DNA of 64,000 bases from Candidatus Poribacteria bacterium. GTDB lineage: Bacteria; Poribacteria; WGA-4E; PCPOR2b. The first letter of the stretch is position 1. Every line of letters starts with the position of its first letter. This document shows positions 59,813-64,000 of this stretch, piece by piece. Where the stretch lies: NCBI GenBank assembly GCA_965215015.1, contig OZ244042.1:5312001-5376000 (forward strand), read 5' to 3'. Under the pieces are notes generated by a model. The model was not told where the DNA came from and made no database searches. It worked only from the letters and a program-made list of their open reading frames with translations. Position numbers and translations under genes: made by a program.

Positions 59813-60686
59813 TCTGAACCAATTCCCGAATTTTTTCAATCTCTGTTTTCAGGGCAACGGTGGTGTAGGAGATGGCAGATCGAGACGCTTTGGCGGAGAT
59901 GGTATTGGCCTCTCGATTCATTTCTTGTAGTAGAAAATCGAGTTGTCTGCCGATGGGTTGGGTTGCTTGCAGATATTCATCAAACTGAGAGCAGTGGCTG
60001 TCGAGGCGCACCAGTTCCTCTGTGATGTCTGAACGAGAGGCGATGATGCCCGCCTCCATCGTGAGGCGATGTGGGTCAATTTTAACACGCTCCTCAAGGA
60101 GTTCGTTCAAACGTGCTTCGAGTCTTGTATGCGTGGATTCCACGAGATTCGCGCTAGCCGCTTTTATCTTCCGGGTCAGAAGCTGGACAGAGTGGAGGCG
60201 TCCTTTGACTTCTTCCAACATGGCAGCTCCTTCTGCCTGCTTGGTTGTTTCCAATCCCTCCAGAGCGGTTTCTAGGTGAGGTTGTAACACCTTCCACACT
60301 AATTCTTCGTCCAAATCGGCTTTCTGTGCAGTTAGGACGCCGGGGAGCTGGACTAACAAAGCGAGCGACACCTCATCACCGAATTGCAGCCTATTTTGCA
60401 ACTTTACAAGTGCTTGATGGTACCGCTCCGCCAGATTAGAATTGAGAAGGGGGAGTTGGTTTGAAACGGATGCGTCTTCGGTCCACTCAACTATGGCTTG
60501 GATTTGTCCTCTCGAAACTCGATTCCGTATGGTGCTATTGATTTGATGGTCAAATCTGGAGAGAAATTCTGGGGTACGGACGGTTACTTTACAGTAGCGG
60601 GCGTTCCACGATTTGATTTCAATGATTAATTGGCCAAAGGGTGTTTCTGCTTTATGCCGGCTGTAACCCGTCATGCTTCTAATCAT
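59802..60686 (-). CDS. yicC: YicC/YloC family endoribonuclease
   Basis: MIRSMTGY, DITEELVRL, GRQLDFLLQEMNREANTI, EKIRELVQNVE. Confidence 0.93.
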   Translation of the reverse strand: MIRSMTGYSRHKAETPFGQLIIEIKSWNARYCKVTVRTPEFLSRFDHQINSTIRNRVSRGQIQAIVEWTEDASVSNQLPLLNSNLAERYHQALVKLQNRLQFGDEVSLALLVQLPGVLTAQKADLDEELVWKVLQPHLETALEGLETTKQAEGAAMLEEVKGRLHSVQLLTRKIKAASANLVESTHTRLEARLNELLEERVKIDPHRLTMEAGIIASRSDITEELVRLDSHCSQFDEYLQATQPIGRQLDFLLQEMNREANTISAKASRSAISYTTVALKTEIEKIRELVQNVE

Positions 60687-60688
60687 GA

Positions 60689-61147
60689 TTAATCTGCCGC
60701 TTCCTGCCATTCCACTAAGATTGGAGATTCAACACGAATTGCATCTTTGATGCAGACTTCTTCACAGAGCTTGCATCCAACACAATCTTTCGGTTTCGCA
60801 AGTTCGCAGATACCGAAGAAACTCTCGGCGTGTTCGCCGGTCACGGGGTCTTTTAGCTCTAGGCAATCCCACGGACAGATGTGGACGCAGAAATCACAAC
60901 CAGAGCAGAGTTCCTCATAGATGATGGCGATTGGGCGATCTTTGGGACGCTTGATAAATTTAGCGACATCTCCATTCTGATCGTGGATGGCTTCAACCGG
61001 GCAGACCATACCACACGCACTACAGTCGATACAGATATCCGGGTCTATGATATGAAGCATTTTGCGGTCGCCGGTGATAGCATCAACGGGGCAATTTGTT
61101 AGACATGCCATACAACCGACGCATTCTTCTGTTATGTAGTAAGCCAT
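60689..61147 (-). CDS. Polyferredoxin with four 4Fe-4S motifs
   Basis: CVGCMACLTNCP, CIDCSACGMVCP, CSGCDFCVHICP, CVGCKLCEEVC. Confidence 0.9.
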   Translation of the reverse strand: MAYYITEECVGCMACLTNCPVDAITGDRKMLHIIDPDICIDCSACGMVCPVEAIHDQNGDVAKFIKRPKDRPIAIIYEELCSGCDFCVHICPWDCLELKDPVTGEHAESFFGICELAKPKDCVGCKLCEEVCIKDAIRVESPILVEWQEAAD

Positions 61148-61379
61148 TAAAAACGCGCTCCCTCCTTAATGAATTTGAGAAATCTTTCACTTGGAATAAG
61201 TGATGGAAATCAGCGGTCAATGCGGATAAGTTTTAGGCAGACAACTGATCACCCCTAATTATAACATGGATACTACGATTAAATCAACAGAGAATCGTCA
61301 TTTGATTTTTAGTAAATTGATCTAAATTGTCACATGGCGGTGCGCCGGGGCTCTGTTGGTTCATTCGCTCATTGGTGCA

Positions 61380-61632
61380 ATTGTAGTAGGCCTGCTCCAG
61401 TGTGCTGCCCCCCCCTCAGTCCCAAATACCCACACGGTATATCTTCCCCCTGATTGAGGGGGTAGGCTCAATGAGCCAGGAAAGGAATAAATCGTTTCTT
61501 GTAAACCATAACCGCTACTCCTTTCTGTCAAGAACCCCACCCATTCTACGCGCAATGAATTGCGCTACTACGAACTCTTATAACATCCATGTTAAGAACA
61601 TGAATACGGAACGTAGATTTGCGTTCCCTACA
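61380..61632. repeat. Mosaic repeat modules and GTAG-REPs
   Basis: CCCAAATACCCACACGGTAT, GGCTCAATGAG, CGCGCAATGAATTGCGCTACTAC, GGAACG..CGTTCCCTAC. Confidence 0.75.
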
Positions 61633-61655
61633 AAGGATTTGCCCTATCTTTTTTA

Positions 61656-61684
61656 TTGACAGCGTTTCCACAAAACGGTATGAT
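61656..61684 (+). promoter_or_regulatory. Sigma70-type promoter for the esterase operon
   Basis: TTGACA-N17-TATGAT. Confidence 0.65.
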
Positions 61685-61761
61685 GAAAAATCAAGGAATA
61701 GGGCTAGGAGCAGATTGCCTATCCTCAATTTACGCTTCATGTTTGACGGAGGTATCGGGTT

Positions 61762-62640
61762 ATGTATTCACCAAATGATGTTCGGGAGTTCTGGGAAGGG
61801 ACACGTGCGGTACTCGATGAAATTCCGATGAAGCCTGAACTCTCACCTGCGCCTGAGTTGAGTGGTAGAGAGTTCGAGACCTATAACGTGGTGCTGACCA
61901 GTTTTGGCGGAATCAAACTCCGGGGTTGGTACTCGGTGCCGAAGGATAAGCCGCGGGGAAAATGTCCCGCCCTTCTCGCTGTCCCTGGTTACAGTGGGAG
62001 CAAGCAAATCCCCACTCATATGGTGCTTCAGGGATACGCTGTCCTTACGCTGTTTCCGCGAAGCCAGGGGGAGAGCAAGGCCGAGTGGCAGATTGAATCG
62101 GGGACGTACCTCACCTATTATATTACAGATCGGGACAGGTATTTTTATCGTGGGGCGTATATGGATTGTGTGCGGGGTATCGATTTTTTGGTGGGTTGCT
62201 CTGAAATTGATGTGGATCGGATTGGAATGTGGAGCCGCAGTCAGGGCGGTGGATTGACGCTTGCAACGAGTTCCTTGGATACGCGAATTAAAGCCGGGGT
62301 TGCCGAAGAACCGTTTTTGTGTAACTATCCGCTCTCAATTGAGGTGAAAACGAACCCGTATGTCGAGCTCGGTGAATATCTAAGTCAACACCCTGAGCAA
62401 AAAGAGACCGTTCTCGAAACACTCACTTATTTTGATCCGCTTAATCTGGTGGAAATGATTACCTGTCCTATGCTGGTTAATATCGGAATGAAAGACGACG
62501 TTTGCCCGTACCACACGATTATTCCTGTGTTTGAACGGATTGCAAGCCAGAAAGCGTTGATGATCTACCCCGATTTGGGGCATTCATCATGTACCGATTT
62601 CAACAACCATGCGAAAAATTGGTTGGATTTATATTTGTAG
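61762..62640 (+). CDS. Acetylxylan esterase / cephalosporin-C deacetylase (CE7) family
   Basis: PGYSG, YRGAYMDCVRGIDFL, SQGGG nucleophile, YFDPLN, DDVCP, GH. Confidence 0.88.
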   Translation: MYSPNDVREFWEGTRAVLDEIPMKPELSPAPELSGREFETYNVVLTSFGGIKLRGWYSVPKDKPRGKCPALLAVPGYSGSKQIPTHMVLQGYAVLTLFPRSQGESKAEWQIESGTYLTYYITDRDRYFYRGAYMDCVRGIDFLVGCSEIDVDRIGMWSRSQGGGLTLATSSLDTRIKAGVAEEPFLCNYPLSIEVKTNPYVELGEYLSQHPEQKETVLETLTYFDPLNLVEMITCPMLVNIGMKDDVCPYHTIIPVFERIASQKALMIYPDLGHSSCTDFNNHAKNWLDLYL

Positions 62641-62664
62641 CCAAAATTTATCAGGAGAGATCCA

Positions 62665-63750
62665 ATGCTAACGTATCAAGATATAGGCATCAAACCTTTT
62701 ATTAACGCAAGTGGAACCATCACAACGCTTGGTGGCAGCATCATGCCGACGGAGGTTGTCGAATCCATGCGTGAGGCGGCAACTTCGTTCATCCATCTCA
62801 ATGAACTCCACGAGAGGGTTGGCGACAAGTTGGCGGAGATGATTGGGGTTGAAGCCGCATTCGTTTCTTGTGGGGCGGCAAGTGGCGTCCAGGTCTCTGC
62901 CGCCGCATGTCTGACAGGCACAGATGTAGACCGTGTTCACAAGCTACCTGACACGAGCGGTGCAAAAAACGAGTTTATTATTAGCCTAGTTGATTCGCAT
63001 TACTATATTCATCAGGGAATCGAGGCGGTCGGTGGAACGTTGGTCAGGGTTGGCACCCGCGAAGCGGTTACGGCAGTGGATATGATAGATGCGATTGGTC
63101 CCAATACCGCGGCGATTGTCTTCTTCTTTGGGGCGCAGCCGAAAGAGCAGCTTGCAGAAATTATTCCTAAAGCTACGGCGCGTGGGGTGCCTGTGGTCGT
63201 TGATGCCGCAGCGCAACTGCCGCCTCGGTCTAACTTGACAGAGATTGCTGGAATGGGAGCGTCGTTGGTGAATTTCAGCGGCGGAAAGGGGATTCGCGGT
63301 CCCCAAAATTCAGGCTTGGTCATTGGGAAACAGGAGTTTGTCGAAGCAGCGCGTCTCAACTCTAACCCGCACAGCGCAATTGGACGCGGCATGAAGGTTG
63401 GCAAAGAGGAGGTCATGGGGCTGCTCACAGCGGTTGAAATCTTCCTGGCGAAAGATGAGAAAGAGGAGTATGCCGAGTGGCGTGCACAGATGGAATATAT
63501 CGCTCAAGCCGCCGAGTCAATTGATGGAGTCCACGCACAGGTAGTTGATGCCAAGCAGCATCCATCGGTACACATCACCCTCGACGCCTCGTGTGGGAAA
63601 ACAGCGGAACAGGTGAATAGCGAGTTGAGAGCGGGGGCTCCCTCTATCGTGAACGGTGGAGGTGCGGATAGTGTGGTGTTCAATTCGATGACGCTGATGC
63701 CGGGTGAAGAGGAGGCTATAGCCAAGCGTTTGGTTGAAGTGTTGACGTAG
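62665..63750 (+). CDS. SelA-like PLP-dependent enzyme (DgaE/D-glucosaminate-6-P ammonia-lyase-like)
   Basis: INASGTITTLGGS, VDAAAQ, FSGGKGIRGPQ, IGRGMKVGKEE. Confidence 0.85.
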   Translation: MLTYQDIGIKPFINASGTITTLGGSIMPTEVVESMREAATSFIHLNELHERVGDKLAEMIGVEAAFVSCGAASGVQVSAAACLTGTDVDRVHKLPDTSGAKNEFIISLVDSHYYIHQGIEAVGGTLVRVGTREAVTAVDMIDAIGPNTAAIVFFFGAQPKEQLAEIIPKATARGVPVVVDAAAQLPPRSNLTEIAGMGASLVNFSGGKGIRGPQNSGLVIGKQEFVEAARLNSNPHSAIGRGMKVGKEEVMGLLTAVEIFLAKDEKEEYAEWRAQMEYIAQAAESIDGVHAQVVDAKQHPSVHITLDASCGKTAEQVNSELRAGAPSIVNGGGADSVVFNSMTLMPGEEEAIAKRLVEVLT

Positions 63751-63796
63751 GGCGTGAAACGTGAAAAGATAGGGGCATTGCGCCGAGGGGGAAGTG

Positions 63797-64000
63797 ATGG
63801 ACCGAAACCTGATGAGCAATGAGGAAAACTATTGCTTCGATGTCGCTGGTTATCTAATCGTTCGAGATGTCTTGACGCAGGAAGAGATTGCGGCGTGTAG
63901 CCGGGATCTCGATCAGGAGGGGACTACCCCGCTAGCGGAGTCTTTGGCAAGGCTGCGCGACCATCCCCGACTGGTGTGGTATCTCAACCAGATCTGTGGG
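63797..64000 (+). CDS. PhyH-family dioxygenase, 5' partial
   Basis: MDRNLMSNEENYCFDVAGYLIVRDVLTQEEIAAC...LRDHP; open to the end of the window. Confidence 0.65.
   Translation, partial: MDRNLMSNEENYCFDVAGYLIVRDVLTQEEIAACSRDLDQEGTTPLAESLARLRDHPRLVWYLNQICG

Noticed and set aside
62665-63750. True selA (selenocysteine synthase)
   Set aside because: Too short, lacks the SelA N-terminal domain, and no selB/selC is nearby; it fits the SelA-like/DgaE group.

Overview
Bacterial chromosomal window, most likely from a Candidatus Poribacteria-like genome. This is inferred from the LamG proteins with a C-terminal VxP-x7-W[GA]x[LI]K tail, a FlgD/T9SS-like CTD of the 'NYPNPxNPETWIPYQL' type, PhyH dioxygenases, and many TIM-barrel sugar isomerases and metallohydrolases. 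Housekeeping blocks are tRNA-Thr/Tyr/Gly/Thr-rpmG-tRNA-Trp-secE-nusG...rplKAJL, ferredoxin-yicC-gmk...coaBC, rsmA, comEC and pgeF. Two conserved operons are interrupted by accessory DNA. (1) A 7.3-kb secreted-protein island between nusG and rplK holds four near-identical PD40/TolB beta-propeller genes that are recombinant mosaics varying mainly at one equivalent position of each blade, plus an MMP-like (matrixin) protease and an NTR/OB-like partner. (2) A candidate defence island between gmk and coaBC holds an ABC-type ATPase, a small PD-(D/E)xK protein and a type IIG/ISP-like R-M enzyme. A second ATPase + PD-(D/E)xK pair lies after comEC. Intergenic DNA is dense with GTAG-type REP hairpins and C/G-rich mosaic repeats, including a 9 x 79-bp REP-doublet array with compensatory stem changes and one REP sitting in frame inside the R-M gene. 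No CRISPR array, integrase, transposase or reverse transcriptase was seen. All calls come from reading the sequence; no database searches were run.
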